A stretch of 64,000 nt of DNA. Source: Steroidobacteraceae bacterium. GTDB taxonomy: Bacteria > Pseudomonadota > Gammaproteobacteria > Steroidobacterales > Steroidobacteraceae. The translations under genes were made by a program, and so were the position numbers. The DNA lies in assembly GCA_035286365.1 (NCBI GenBank), contig DATHJZ010000076.1:12712-76711 (forward strand), read 5' to 3'. This document shows, piece after piece, positions 27,846 through 37,396 of this stretch (positions are counted from its first letter, which is position 1; every line of letters begins with the position of its first letter). The notes under the pieces were generated by a model that ran no database searches, had not been told where the DNA came from, and worked only from the letters and a program-made list of their open reading frames with translations.

Positions 27846-27872
27846 CTGGTACCGCACATAAGGGCTAAGTAG
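27846..27872 (+). promoter_or_regulatory. Conserved 27-bp box, copy B (GGCGTTCCGTctGGtacCGCACATAaG)
   Basis: See copy A. It lies 104 bp upstream of the paralog-3 ATG, inside a 348-bp non-coding divergent region. Confidence 0.35.
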
Positions 27873-27975
27873 TATTGCTGGGCTTGAAGGCAAGGCGGCT
27901 TCCGACGGCTGGCGGGTCCCAAAACGGGTACGTTCCTTTAACACCCCTAGGTGCAGCAATCATCTGGAGATCGAC

Positions 27976-28710
27976 ATGAACAGCGACGCCCGAAGTGGCA
28001 TTCGTCGCATCGAAAGAAACTCACTGCTCGCCGGACTGCCATCGGCGGAGCGCGCCCGATTCTCCGATCATCTCGAGCTGGTGCCGCTGGGGCTGGGCCA
28101 GGTGCTGTATGAATCCGGCGAAACGATGAGCCACGCGTACTTCCCGACCGACTGCGTCATCTCCCTGCTTTACGTCATGAAAAACGGCGCGTCAGCGGAG
28201 ATCGCCATCGTGGGAAACGAAGGGATGATTGGCATCGCCCTCTTCATGGGCGGCGACTCCACCATGAGTCGGGCGATCGTGCAGAACGCCGGCCATGCGT
28301 ACCGCCTGAAAGCACAAGTACTGAAGGACGAGTTTCATCGCGGCAACGCACTGACCCGCTCGCTTCTCATGTTTGGTTCGGCGCTCATCACGCAAATGGT
28401 GCAAACCGCGGCGTGCAATCGTCATCACACGGTCGATCAACAACTGTGTCGCTGGATGCTGTTGAGCCTCGATCGGCTCCCTACGGGCCAGATCAGCATG
28501 ACTGCAAGACTGACTGGAAACATGCTCGGGCTCCAGACCGAGCAGGTCTCCACGGCGACCGATGTGCTGAGCACGGCGGGATTGATCCGTTACGACGACG
28601 GCGAGATCACCGTGCTCGACCGCGGAGGCGTCGAACGACGCTCCTGCGAGTGCTACAGCGTCGTCAAGAAGGAGAGCGATCGGCTCCTTGTTCCCCAATC
28701 GAAGACTTGA
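27976..28710 (+). CDS. Crp/Fnr-family transcriptional regulator (paralog 3, closest to paralog 1)
   Basis: VLYESGETMSHAYFPTDCVISLLYVMKNGASAEIAIVGNEGMIG ... CNRHHTVDQQLCRWMLLSLDRL ... SCECYSVVKKESDRL. GGAGA lies 6 nt before the ATG. Confidence 0.85.
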   Translation: MNSDARSGIRRIERNSLLAGLPSAERARFSDHLELVPLGLGQVLYESGETMSHAYFPTDCVISLLYVMKNGASAEIAIVGNEGMIGIALFMGGDSTMSRAIVQNAGHAYRLKAQVLKDEFHRGNALTRSLLMFGSALITQMVQTAACNRHHTVDQQLCRWMLLSLDRLPTGQISMTARLTGNMLGLQTEQVSTATDVLSTAGLIRYDDGEITVLDRGGVERRSCECYSVVKKESDRLLVPQSKT

Positions 28711-28717
28711 ATCGTCG

Positions 28718-28948
28718 CTACGGAGCGGCGTCGCAGACCTCGATGTAGCCGACGAGTCTTATTCCTCTCATCACACGTCGTTTCGTCGATGACCCGATGG
28801 CAATTTCATCCGGACCGACCAGAGACTGCACGCCCTCCTCGATGCTGGGGAATTCGAATGAGCCATCCATTGCATTTGGATCGAAACACTCTTTTGGGTC
28901 GCCGACCCTGCGAGTTGAGCAGTCGTTGCGAATCACCCATTTGGACAT
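28718..28948 (-). CDS. Hypothetical small protein (76 aa)
   Basis: Internal ATG at 28946-28948 with GAGGTG upstream. Lower-GC segment, no family recognised. It may be non-functional. Confidence 0.25.
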   Translation of the reverse strand: MSKWVIRNDCSTRRVGDPKECFDPNAMDGSFEFPSIEEGVQSLVGPDEIAIGSSTKRRVMRGIRLVGYIEVCDAAP

Positions 28949-29277
28949 ACGCACCTCAATCGAACCTGGTGGGACCGCGCGAATGGGTGGCGGTAGTCTC
29001 AATCCACCATAGGCGCGGGTTGGAGCGCTAACTATCGTTGCAACCAACCTTCGCGCGTCAGCCAACGACCCCAATTTCTGGCGGGCCCCTAGGAACAACG
29101 CCTGTTCACCTGCGCCTCGCGAGGAAACGAGAGCACTTCACGGGGCGTCGAGCGTTTTCGCCTGTGCGGCATGCTGGCCGATGCCCCGAGGCAAGGGCGG
29201 CGTCACTTGCCGTGGCGCGCCGAGTATGCCGGGGCGCACAATCGCGCCCGACGAATACGTAAGGGGACTCAGGCGCA

Positions 29278-30315
29278 ATGTGGATTTCAACCCGTGAATC
29301 GGCAAAGCTCACCGTCATCGGCGCGTTGAGCTGGGGAGCCCTCTGCTTGAATGCATCCGCGGCGGATACGATCTTTGCGCGCATCGAGTCGCTCGATAAG
29401 CGCTTCGATGCGCTGATTGCACCCAACACGAGAATCGAAAAGATCGCCGACAACCTGCTCTGGTCCGAAGGACCGTTGTGGGATGCGAAGACCAAGTCCC
29501 TGCTCTTCTCGGACATTCCCCGCAACGTGGTGATGCAATGGACTGCGCAACAGGGCGTGTCCGTCTTTCTCGAGCACAGCGGCTATACCGGCGCGGCGCC
29601 GTTCACAGGCCGCGAACCCGGGTCCAACGGACTTACCTTCGATCCCCAGGGACGTCTCACACTCTGTCAGCACGGTGACCGGCGCATCGCGTATCGCGAT
29701 CCTTACGGCAAGATGATCCCCGTCGCCGTTGGCTACGAAGGCAAGCGGCTCAACAGCCCCAACGACCTGGTATACGACAACAAGGGTGCGCTGTACTTCA
29801 CCGATCCGCCGTTTGGCCTGCCCGGAACGTTCACCGATCCCACCAAGGAGCTCGCGTTCAACGCGGTATTCCGCGTCGACACCGAAGGCAAGATTGCCCC
29901 GGTCGCCACCGATCTCGAAGCGCCGAATGGGATCGGATTTTCGCCCGACTTCAAGACGCTGTACGTGGCGAATGCCACGACGAAAGATCCGATCTGGATG
30001 GCGTACGCCGTGCGCCGCGACGGCACTCTCGACAAGGGGCGCATCTTCGCCGACGCGCGCACTTACCTCAGAAAAGGCGACGGCGTTCCCGATGGCCTCA
30101 AGGTCGACGTGCGCGGCAACGTGTTTGCGACCGGTCCGGGCGGCGTTCACGTGTTCGCGCCCGATGGCACGCGGCTAGGTCGCATCATCACCGACGTGCC
30201 GACCGCCAACGTCGCCTTCGGTGAAGACGGCGCGACGCTGTTCATCACCGCCAATCATCGCGTGCTGCGCATGCGCACCAAGACGAAGGGCATGCCGCTG
30301 CCCGTCACAAAATAG
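29278..30315 (+). CDS. SMP-30/gluconolactonase/LRE-family beta-propeller protein (exported)
   Basis: Signal peptide ...ALCLNASAAD. LWSEGPLWDAKTKSLLFSDIPRN, NSPNDLVYDNKGALYFTDP and PDGLKVDVRGNVF motifs. Confidence 0.8.
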   Translation: MWISTRESAKLTVIGALSWGALCLNASAADTIFARIESLDKRFDALIAPNTRIEKIADNLLWSEGPLWDAKTKSLLFSDIPRNVVMQWTAQQGVSVFLEHSGYTGAAPFTGREPGSNGLTFDPQGRLTLCQHGDRRIAYRDPYGKMIPVAVGYEGKRLNSPNDLVYDNKGALYFTDPPFGLPGTFTDPTKELAFNAVFRVDTEGKIAPVATDLEAPNGIGFSPDFKTLYVANATTKDPIWMAYAVRRDGTLDKGRIFADARTYLRKGDGVPDGLKVDVRGNVFATGPGGVHVFAPDGTRLGRIITDVPTANVAFGEDGATLFITANHRVLRMRTKTKGMPLPVTK

Positions 30316-30351
30316 TTAATTCATAAGTTCAATCGTCCTGAGGGGGGTTTC

Positions 30352-31113
30352 ATGTTTTCACGCCGACTTTCGATCGGTTTGCTCTGCGTTGCCTTGAGCG
30401 CGGGAATCCTCGCCGTGCCCGCGGCGGCCGCTTCGAAGGGGCGCATCCTGGTTTACTCGGGCAGCACGGGTTATCGCCACGAATCCATTCCGGCGGCCGT
30501 CGAGGCGCTCAAGGCGATCGGCGCCAAGGCCGGCTACACGGTCGATGCCAGCGAGGATCCGGAAGTGTTCAGCGCGGAGAAGCTGAAGCAGTACCAGGTA
30601 CTGGTGCTGGTCAGCAATTCGACGGATCCGAAGAAGCCTGAATCGGAATGGTTCACCGACAGCCGGCGCGACGCATTGCAGGGTTTCCTCAAGGACGGCA
30701 AGGGCGTGATCGGCCTGCACGCGGCGGCCGATTCGCACTACAACTGGCCCTGGTACGGCCAGATGATCGGCGGCTACTTCGAGCGCCATCCGAAAGGCAC
30801 GCCGAAGGGCACGCTCACGGTCGTCGATGCGAAGCATCCGGCCACGGCCAAACTGCCCAAGACCATCGAGCGCAATGACGAGTGGTACTACTACAAGGAC
30901 TTCAATCCGACCATGCGGGTGCTGGTCACAATCGACCCGGCGTCGATCGGCGACGGCGAGCCGGATGTGAACCCGAATCCGCTCGTGTGGTGCCACGACT
31001 TTGGCGGCGGACGCGTGTTCTACAGCGCGCTCGGGCATACGCCCGAGTCGTACAGCGAGCCGTACATGGTGAACCTGCTGACCGGCGCCCTCGCCTACGC
31101 GGCCAGCAAGTAG
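30352..31113 (+). CDS. ThuA-domain protein (exported)
   Basis: Signal peptide. ILVYSGSTGYRHESIPAAVEAL, YQVLVLVSNSTD, GLHAAAD and WCHDFGGGRVFYSALGH motifs. Confidence 0.75.
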   Translation: MFSRRLSIGLLCVALSAGILAVPAAAASKGRILVYSGSTGYRHESIPAAVEALKAIGAKAGYTVDASEDPEVFSAEKLKQYQVLVLVSNSTDPKKPESEWFTDSRRDALQGFLKDGKGVIGLHAAADSHYNWPWYGQMIGGYFERHPKGTPKGTLTVVDAKHPATAKLPKTIERNDEWYYYKDFNPTMRVLVTIDPASIGDGEPDVNPNPLVWCHDFGGGRVFYSALGHTPESYSEPYMVNLLTGALAYAASK

Positions 31114-31126
31114 TTAGTCAGGAAGC

Positions 31127-31162
31127 AAAACGCCCGCGGGCTCGAGCGCTCGCGGGCGTTTT
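31127..31162. terminator. Bidirectional rho-independent terminator between convergent genes
   Basis: Perfect 12-bp stem AAAACGCCCGCG-(12 nt)-CGCGGGCGTTTT, with T/A runs on both sides. It lies between the ThuA stop (31113) and the AKR stop (31185). Confidence 0.75.
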
Positions 31163-31184
31163 CATTTCAGCTGCGCGCGACTTC

Positions 31185-32150
31185 TTAAGCGTCGAAGTTC
31201 TGATCCCAGTACTTTTCCATCCGTGCCCGCTGTCCCGCGTCCGGCATGCGGCCTCGCGCCGCACCGAGGTTGTCTTCGAGGTGAGTGAGCTTGGTCATTC
31301 CTGGAATCGCCGCCGTCACGGCCGGATGCGAGATCACGTATTTCAGGAACACCTGGCTCCAGCTGCGGCAGTCGATCTCGGCGGCCCATTCGGGCAGATC
31401 CGCCCCGCCCACGCGCGAGAACAGGTTGCCGTTGCTGCGGCCCCCGAACGGCAGATTGATCAGCACGCCGATGCGCTTTTCCAGCGCCGCCGGCAATACC
31501 TCATCGCCGGCCGCGCGGTTGGCCAGCGAGTAGTCCACCTGGATGAAATCGAGCGGATGCGATTTCATCAACGCGACCATCGCATCGTGCTGTGACGAAC
31601 TCGATGTCGTCACCCCGACGTAGCGGATCTGGCGCTTCTGCTTGAGCGTATTCAGGTGCGGGAACAACACATCCACACCGTTGAGGCTGTGAATCTGCAC
31701 GAGGTCGAGAACATCGGTGCGCAGGCGCCGTCTGGATTCCTCGATCATCGCCACGCCCTGCGCGAGATTGCCGTTGTCGGCAGAGACTTTGGTCGCGATG
31801 AACGCCTGGTTGCGATTGCCGATATCCGCCAGCAGCCCGCCGATCACTTCTTCGGACTGGCGATACGCAGGCGCGGTGTCGATTACCTGGGCGCCCGCGG
31901 CCGTAAGCCCGGCCAGGACCTCGCGCCGCGCGGCGCGCTCCTCCGGCGTCGTTGGGCTGTAGTTGTTCGTACCCACACCGATCGCGGCCAGCCTTTCGCC
32001 CGTTGAAGGAACGGGCCTCGTCATCAGTGGCGGGGCAAACCCCGGCCGCGGTTCGTCTTCCTTCTTCTTCGGTTTGTCTGCGGCGCTCGCCCACTGGGCG
32101 GCCCCGAGCGTTGCGATCCCCGCCTTGATGACATCTCGACGTCCCGTCAC
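31185..32150 (-). CDS. Aldo/keto reductase with a twin-arginine (Tat) signal
   Basis: GTG start at 32148-32150 after GGAGGAAGAA. TGRRDVIKAGIATLGAAQWASA Tat-like leader. The AKR body includes IDTAPAYRQSEEVIG, VLDLVQIHS and YVGVTTSS. The ORF-track entry 31185..33038 is a chimera. Confidence 0.8.
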   Translation of the reverse strand: MTGRRDVIKAGIATLGAAQWASAADKPKKKEDEPRPGFAPPLMTRPVPSTGERLAAIGVGTNNYSPTTPEERAARREVLAGLTAAGAQVIDTAPAYRQSEEVIGGLLADIGNRNQAFIATKVSADNGNLAQGVAMIEESRRRLRTDVLDLVQIHSLNGVDVLFPHLNTLKQKRQIRYVGVTTSSSSQHDAMVALMKSHPLDFIQVDYSLANRAAGDEVLPAALEKRIGVLINLPFGGRSNGNLFSRVGGADLPEWAAEIDCRSWSQVFLKYVISHPAVTAAIPGMTKLTHLEDNLGAARGRMPDAGQRARMEKYWDQNFDA

Positions 32151-33175
32151 TTCTTCCTCCGGCCTTTCGATTTCGGTCTGGCTTTCGACTTCTTCGCGGC
32201 CGCTTTGTTCGCGGATTTCCTGACGGTCTTTTTCTTCTTGGCGGCCACCTTTTTTGCGGCCTTCTTTTTCGGCGCCGCCTTCGGCTTGGCGCTCACCTTG
32301 GCCTTGCCCTTCGCCTTCGCCTTGGGTTTGGACTTGGCTTTGGCCTTTGCTTTGGGTTTGGCGGCGGCTTTGGGCTTTGCCGCCTGCGGCTGGGCTGCAC
32401 CCGCCGCGGGCACTGAGTGGATGGCGAACGCGGCGCCCGTCGGATCCGTGATCGCGGCAATACGGCTGCCACCCGGCACATCCATCGGGGCCATCAATTG
32501 CTTGGCGCCTGCCGAGGTCGCCAGTGCAAAACCCGCGTCGGCACTCGCCACGCTCACATAGGGCAGCCAGTTCGGCGGCATCGGCGTGTTCGCGGGTGTG
32601 ATGTACATGCCGCCGCGCTGCTGACCGTTCCAGCCGTAGATGAGGTAGGTGCCGATAGGACCCATGTCCATGCGCGTGATCGCATTCCAGCCAAACAACT
32701 GGCTGTAAAAGGCGAACGCCGCTTCGTTGTCGCTGGTGGCGAGTTCGTGCCAGGAGAACGTGCCGATCGGCGGCACCCCCACCGCTTCCGGTCGCGCATT
32801 CTCGGGATCGAGGATGGCAAACACCGCGCCCTGGGGATCCTTCAACACGGCGTAACGCCCCGCACCCTGCAGGTCGCCCGGCGCCTTCATGACGGATCCT
32901 CCGGCGCGAACCGCGGCTTCTGCCGTGGCGTCGACATCGCGTGTGCCGATGTACTGCAGCCAGTGTGCCGGCACGTCCGCGGGCAGATCTGCCGGGATCG
33001 CCATGATGCCGGCGGTAGGCCCGCCCTCTGCAACGCAAACGGTGTAGTTAGGGTCCGGTGGCCACGGCTGCATCTTCCAGCCAATGAGCTTCGAATAGAA
33101 TTTTTTTGCGCCCGGTACATCACGCGTCATCAGCTGATGCCAGACAAATTTGCCACGCACATCGACAGCTTCCAT
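32147..33175 (-). CDS. Two-domain VOC (glyoxalase/bleomycin-resistance fold) protein fused to a ~85-aa Lys/Ala/Pro-rich histone-H1-like tail
   Basis: Two repeats of the pattern F.WHEL.T.D...A..FY..L.GW... The C-terminus is AAKPKAAAKPKAKAKAKSKPKAKAKGKAKVSAKPKAAPKKKAAKKVAAKKKKTVRKSANKAAAKKSKARPKSKGRRKK. Confidence 0.75.
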   Translation of the reverse strand: MEAVDVRGKFVWHQLMTRDVPGAKKFYSKLIGWKMQPWPPDPNYTVCVAEGGPTAGIMAIPADLPADVPAHWLQYIGTRDVDATAEAAVRAGGSVMKAPGDLQGAGRYAVLKDPQGAVFAILDPENARPEAVGVPPIGTFSWHELATSDNEAAFAFYSQLFGWNAITRMDMGPIGTYLIYGWNGQQRGGMYITPANTPMPPNWLPYVSVASADAGFALATSAGAKQLMAPMDVPGGSRIAAITDPTGAAFAIHSVPAAGAAQPQAAKPKAAAKPKAKAKAKSKPKAKAKGKAKVSAKPKAAPKKKAAKKVAAKKKKTVRKSANKAAAKKSKARPKSKGRRKK

Positions 33176-33254
33176 GGACGGATCTCCGTTGAGTGGGACG
33201 AAAATTGCGGAGGCTGATGATAGCCTCCGACCGGGCGGAATTGTTTACCGGCGG

Positions 33255-33995
33255 CTAGTTGGCAGGTGCGGTGGACTTCGGTGGAACCGATGCGTCGACC
33301 GGTTTCTTTGGATAGATGCCGATGACGGTGCCGTCTTCCTGGCGGCGCGCGAAGCCGAAGCCATTCGCGAGTGCCACCGAACCTTCACACAGCGTGAGCT
33401 CGGGTCGCGGCGGAATCTTCACCTCGACCTTCGGAATGTCGATTTCGATCTTCGTCACAGCCACGCCGAGCGCGCCGGTCATGCCGCGCAGATAAGTTTC
33501 AAGTTCTTCTTTGAATTGATCGCTTAACCCCGCGTCAGTACGAAGAAAATAGGCTGTCAGATGCCGCGCCAATGGCGTCGCCTTCTGCATTTCCCGCATG
33601 ACGATGGCTTGCTCGCTGTCGAGCGTCCAGAACGAGGTCTGCGCCAGGTACTCACCGACCTCCGAGGGCACCGATGGATCTTCGGCACGGATCGGCGGCG
33701 TGGTCACATGCAGTACACCGTCGGCGCCAAGGGATAGCTTGGTTTCGGCCAGGTCCAGCTCGTAGTTGAGCTTGGCGGGCCAGATCACCATGACCTGCGG
33801 GTTCACGCCTTTGACTTCGGGGCAGGCCTTGTACCAGACCGTCACCTGGCGCTCGTGCTGGATGATGGCGCGCGTGCGCATCTGCGTGACCATGACGTTG
33901 ATCGGGCTTTCTTCGGCGTCCTTGCGCGTCCAGTACGAGTAGCCGATGGCGCCAACGGCCACCGCGATGATCAGGGCAATGATGTTCTTGAGCAC
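33255..33995 (-). CDS. Membrane-anchored hypothetical protein (DUF4230-like?)
   Basis: 246-aa ORF with the N-terminal TM segment MLKNIIALIIAVAVGAIGYSYW and coding-like composition. The family call is tentative. Confidence 0.55.
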   Translation of the reverse strand: MLKNIIALIIAVAVGAIGYSYWTRKDAEESPINVMVTQMRTRAIIQHERQVTVWYKACPEVKGVNPQVMVIWPAKLNYELDLAETKLSLGADGVLHVTTPPIRAEDPSVPSEVGEYLAQTSFWTLDSEQAIVMREMQKATPLARHLTAYFLRTDAGLSDQFKEELETYLRGMTGALGVAVTKIEIDIPKVEVKIPPRPELTLCEGSVALANGFGFARRQEDGTVIGIYPKKPVDASVPPKSTAPAN

Positions 33996-34024
33996 TCGAG
34001 CCTCCCGGCGCTACACCAACTACA

Positions 34025-35206
34025 TCAAACGATCTCGAACAATCCCGCCGCCCCCATGCCGCCGCCGATGCACATTGTCACGACCGCGAGCCTGGCGCCG
34101 CGGCGCTTGCCCTCGATCAACGCGTGACCGGTGAGGCGTGCGCCGGTCATGCCATACGGATGTCCGATGGCGATCGCGCCGCCGTTGACGTTGAGCCGGT
34201 CGTCGGGAATACCGAGCTTGTCGCGGCAGTATATGACCTGCACGGCGAAGGCCTCGTTGAGTTCCCACAGGTCGATGTCCGCGATCTTCCTGCCGGTGCG
34301 CTCGAGTAGTTTGGGAATCGCAAACACCGGACCGATGCCCATCTCGTCTGGTTCGCAACCCGCCACCGCGAAGCCGCGGAAGATGCCGATGGGCGTGAGG
34401 CCGAGCTTCTCCGCGCGCGTAGAACTCATCATCACGCAGGCCGCAGCGCCGTCGGAGAACTGGCTGGCATTGCCGGCGGCGATCACGCCACCCGGGGTCG
34501 CCGTGCGAATCTTCGCGACCGCCTCGTAATTGGTATCGGGACGGATGCCTTCATCGGCGCTGACCGTGACCTTGCGCGTCATCAATCGCCCGGTATCCGG
34601 ATCCGCCGTGCCCATCGTGACTTCGAGCGGCGCGATCTCCGCGGTGAAGCGGCCGGCCGCGAGCGCCGCCGCGGCGCGCTGCTGACTTTGTACGCCATAG
34701 CGATCCTGCGCCTCGCGCGGAATCTGGTAGCGCTTCGCCACGTTCTCCGCAGTCTGCAGCATGTTCCAGTAGATCTCGGGCTTGTGCTCGTCGAGCCACC
34801 CCTCCTTCGCCATGAAGGTATTCAGGTGTTCATTCTGAACGCACGAGATGGATTCGACGCCTCCCGCGACGTACACCTCGCCCTCGCCCGCGGCAATGCG
34901 TTGTGCGGCCAGTGCAATGGTCTGCAGCCCCGACGAACAATAGCGATTCACGGTCATGCCGGAGGTCGTGACCGGGCAGCCGGCGCGCAACGCGATCTGC
35001 CGCGCGATATTGAAACCGGTGGCGCCTTCAGGGTTGGCGCAGCCCATGATCACGTCTTCGACGCTGGCGGGATCGAGACGCGCGCGTTCCATCGCGGCCT
35101 TGACGACATGGCCGCCGAGCGTGGCGCCGTGCGTGAGGTTGAAGGCGCCGCGCCAGGATTTCGCCAGCGGCGTTCGTGCGGTCGAAACGATGACGGCATC
35201 AACCAC
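34025..35206 (-). CDS. fadA: Acetyl-CoA C-acyltransferase (thiolase)
   Basis: Thiolase motifs ([12 protein letters not shown] active-site Cys, [32 protein letters not shown]). GTG start at 35204-35206 after AAGGAGA, overlapping the fadB stop by 8 nt. Confidence 0.88.
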   Translation of the reverse strand: MVDAVIVSTARTPLAKSWRGAFNLTHGATLGGHVVKAAMERARLDPASVEDVIMGCANPEGATGFNIARQIALRAGCPVTTSGMTVNRYCSSGLQTIALAAQRIAAGEGEVYVAGGVESISCVQNEHLNTFMAKEGWLDEHKPEIYWNMLQTAENVAKRYQIPREAQDRYGVQSQQRAAAALAAGRFTAEIAPLEVTMGTADPDTGRLMTRKVTVSADEGIRPDTNYEAVAKIRTATPGGVIAAGNASQFSDGAAACVMMSSTRAEKLGLTPIGIFRGFAVAGCEPDEMGIGPVFAIPKLLERTGRKIADIDLWELNEAFAVQVIYCRDKLGIPDDRLNVNGGAIAIGHPYGMTGARLTGHALIEGKRRGARLAVVTMCIGGGMGAAGLFEIV

Positions 35207-37352
35207 GGCGCTCTCCTTTGTTCTTCGGCCTGGCGGGTTTCGCATCATCGAAAGCCGCCCCCGCTGTCGCGAGCTGCGTGATGAGCTTTGCGGGCCGCCA
35301 GAATTCCGGCTCCGCGTGTTTGTTGGCCGCGAACTCCTTCATGCGCCGCGCGACCGTCGCAAGGCCGACGCGACTGGCATAAAACATCGGTCCGCCGCGC
35401 TGCAGCGGGAATCCGTAGCCCGCGAGGTACACGATGTCGATGTCCGACGCGCGCATCGCGATGCCTTCCTCGAGGATGTGCGCGCCTTCGTTGACCAGCG
35501 CGTACACCAGGCGGTCGACGATTTCGGAATCGGGAATCCTGCGCGGAGTCATCTTCAATGCCTGCCGTTCCTCGACAATGATCTGGTCGACCACGGGATC
35601 GGGAATGGCGTCGCGCTTGCCGGGCTCATATCGATACCAGCCGAGCCCGGCTTTCTGACCGAAACGCCCGAGCTCGCATACACGATCGGCGATGCGCATC
35701 CTGCGCGCCTTGGGGCGCTCTTCGTAGTGACGTTTGCGGATGTGCCAGCTGATGTCGTTGCCGGCGAGATCGGACATGCGGAACGGACCCATCGCGAAGC
35801 CGAACTTCTCGACCGCCTTGTCCACGGCTTGCGGCGAGGCGCCCTCCTCCAGCAACAGCAGCGCCTGCTGCGAATACTTGTTGATCATGCGATTGCCGAT
35901 GAAGCCGTCGCACACGCCGGAAACCACGGCGGTCTTGCCGATGCGGCGCGCCAGTGTCATCGCGGTGGCCAGCACGTCGGGCCGCGTCTTCTGCGCCCGC
36001 ACGACCTCGAGCAGCTTCATGATGTTTGCCGGGCTGAAGAAATGCAGGCCGAGCACCTCACCGGGCCGCTTCGTGAACGCGGCAATCCTGTTCACGTCGA
36101 GGGTCGAAGTGTTGGTCGCGAGAATCGCGCCGCGCTTCGCGACCTTGTCCAGCTCGCGGAACACGGCCTTTTTCACGTCGATGTCTTCGAAGACCGCTTC
36201 GATCAGCAGATCCGCGTCGGCCGCCGCACTGTAGTCAAGCGAGGGCGTGATGAGACCCGCGCGTTTTTTCGCGTCGTCGGGCTTCATCTTGCCCTTGGCC
36301 GCGGCGCCCTCGTAGAACTTGGTGATGACGCCCATGCCGCGATCGAGCGCTTCCTGCTTCGCTTCGAGCAGTGTCACCGGGATTCCGGCATTCGCGAAAT
36401 TCATGGCGATGCCGCCGCCCATCGTGCCTGCGCCCACGACCGCGACCTTCTCGATCTTGCGCTGGGCCGTCTTGTCGGTGATGCCATCGACTTTGCCCGC
36501 GGCCCGCTCGGCGAAGAACGCGTGCCGCAGCGCGCGCGATTCCTCGCTCACCATGAGCTCGCTGAAGATCTTTTGTTCGGTGGCGATGCCGGCGTCGTAC
36601 TTGCCGTTGAGCGCTGCGCCAATTGCCTCGAGCGCCCGTGCGGGCGCCGCCATGCCGCGCGACACGGATGCCACGGCGGTCTTGGCGAATTGCAGGAAGG
36701 CTTCGCCGTGAGGATGTTTGACGGGAAGATCGCGCGCGCGGCGCGGCGGTTTGTCTTCCTTGATCAATTGCAGCGCGAAGTCGCGCGCCGCTTCCCGCAG
36801 ATTTTCCGTGACGATCACGTCAAACAGCGGTGATCCCTTGAACGTCGATGCCGGCACCACCGCACCTGAAACCATCATGTTCACGGCGGTCTCGAGTCCG
36901 ACCAGGCGCGGGAAGCGCTGCGTTCCGCCGGCGCCGGGGATGAGGCCGAGCTTCACCTCGGGGAATGCGACCTTCGCGTCCGCCAGCGTCACGCGGTAGT
37001 GGCACCCGAGCGCGAGTTCCAGACCTCCGCCCATGCAAGCGCCGCCGATGACCGCGATCACCGGCTTGGGAGCTGCTTCCACCGCATCACACACCGCCGG
37101 CAGAAATGGCTCGGCGTAGAAGGCGTTACCGCCGAACTCCTTGATGTCGGCGCCGCTCGAAAAGGCGCGGTCGTTGCCGATCAGCACGATCGCGCGGACT
37201 TTCGGCAGAGCGACCGCGCGGTCGATGGCCATGACGATAGCGGCCCGCAACTCGTGCGAGAGCGCGTTCAGCGGTGGATTGTTCATCGCCAGCCACGCGA
37301 TGCCCTGGTCGATCTTGATGCTTATCGCTGTCATGGCGCGAATCATAGGCAT
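35199..37352 (-). CDS. fadB: Multifunctional enoyl-CoA hydratase / 3-hydroxyacyl-CoA dehydrogenase
   Basis: [16 protein letters not shown]...[10 protein letters not shown]...[15 protein letters not shown] crotonase part, followed by [18 protein letters not shown] part. Start is at the [10 protein letters not shown] cluster of ATGs (37352, 37346 or 37334). The ORF-track entry 35199..38669 is a chimera. Confidence 0.88.
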   Translation of the reverse strand: MPMIRAMTAISIKIDQGIAWLAMNNPPLNALSHELRAAIVMAIDRAVALPKVRAIVLIGNDRAFSSGADIKEFGGNAFYAEPFLPAVCDAVEAAPKPVIAVIGGACMGGGLELALGCHYRVTLADAKVAFPEVKLGLIPGAGGTQRFPRLVGLETAVNMMVSGAVVPASTFKGSPLFDVIVTENLREAARDFALQLIKEDKPPRRARDLPVKHPHGEAFLQFAKTAVASVSRGMAAPARALEAIGAALNGKYDAGIATEQKIFSELMVSEESRALRHAFFAERAAGKVDGITDKTAQRKIEKVAVVGAGTMGGGIAMNFANAGIPVTLLEAKQEALDRGMGVITKFYEGAAAKGKMKPDDAKKRAGLITPSLDYSAAADADLLIEAVFEDIDVKKAVFRELDKVAKRGAILATNTSTLDVNRIAAFTKRPGEVLGLHFFSPANIMKLLEVVRAQKTRPDVLATAMTLARRIGKTAVVSGVCDGFIGNRMINKYSQQALLLLEEGASPQAVDKAVEKFGFAMGPFRMSDLAGNDISWHIRKRHYEERPKARRMRIADRVCELGRFGQKAGLGWYRYEPGKRDAIPDPVVDQIIVEERQALKMTPRRIPDSEIVDRLVYALVNEGAHILEEGIAMRASDIDIVYLAGYGFPLQRGGPMFYASRVGLATVARRMKEFAANKHAEPEFWRPAKLITQLATAGAAFDDAKPARPKNKGERRG

Positions 37353-37396
37353 GCCGGCGCGCGCGCGTCGATCAGGCGTTGCCCACTGTCGATTTG

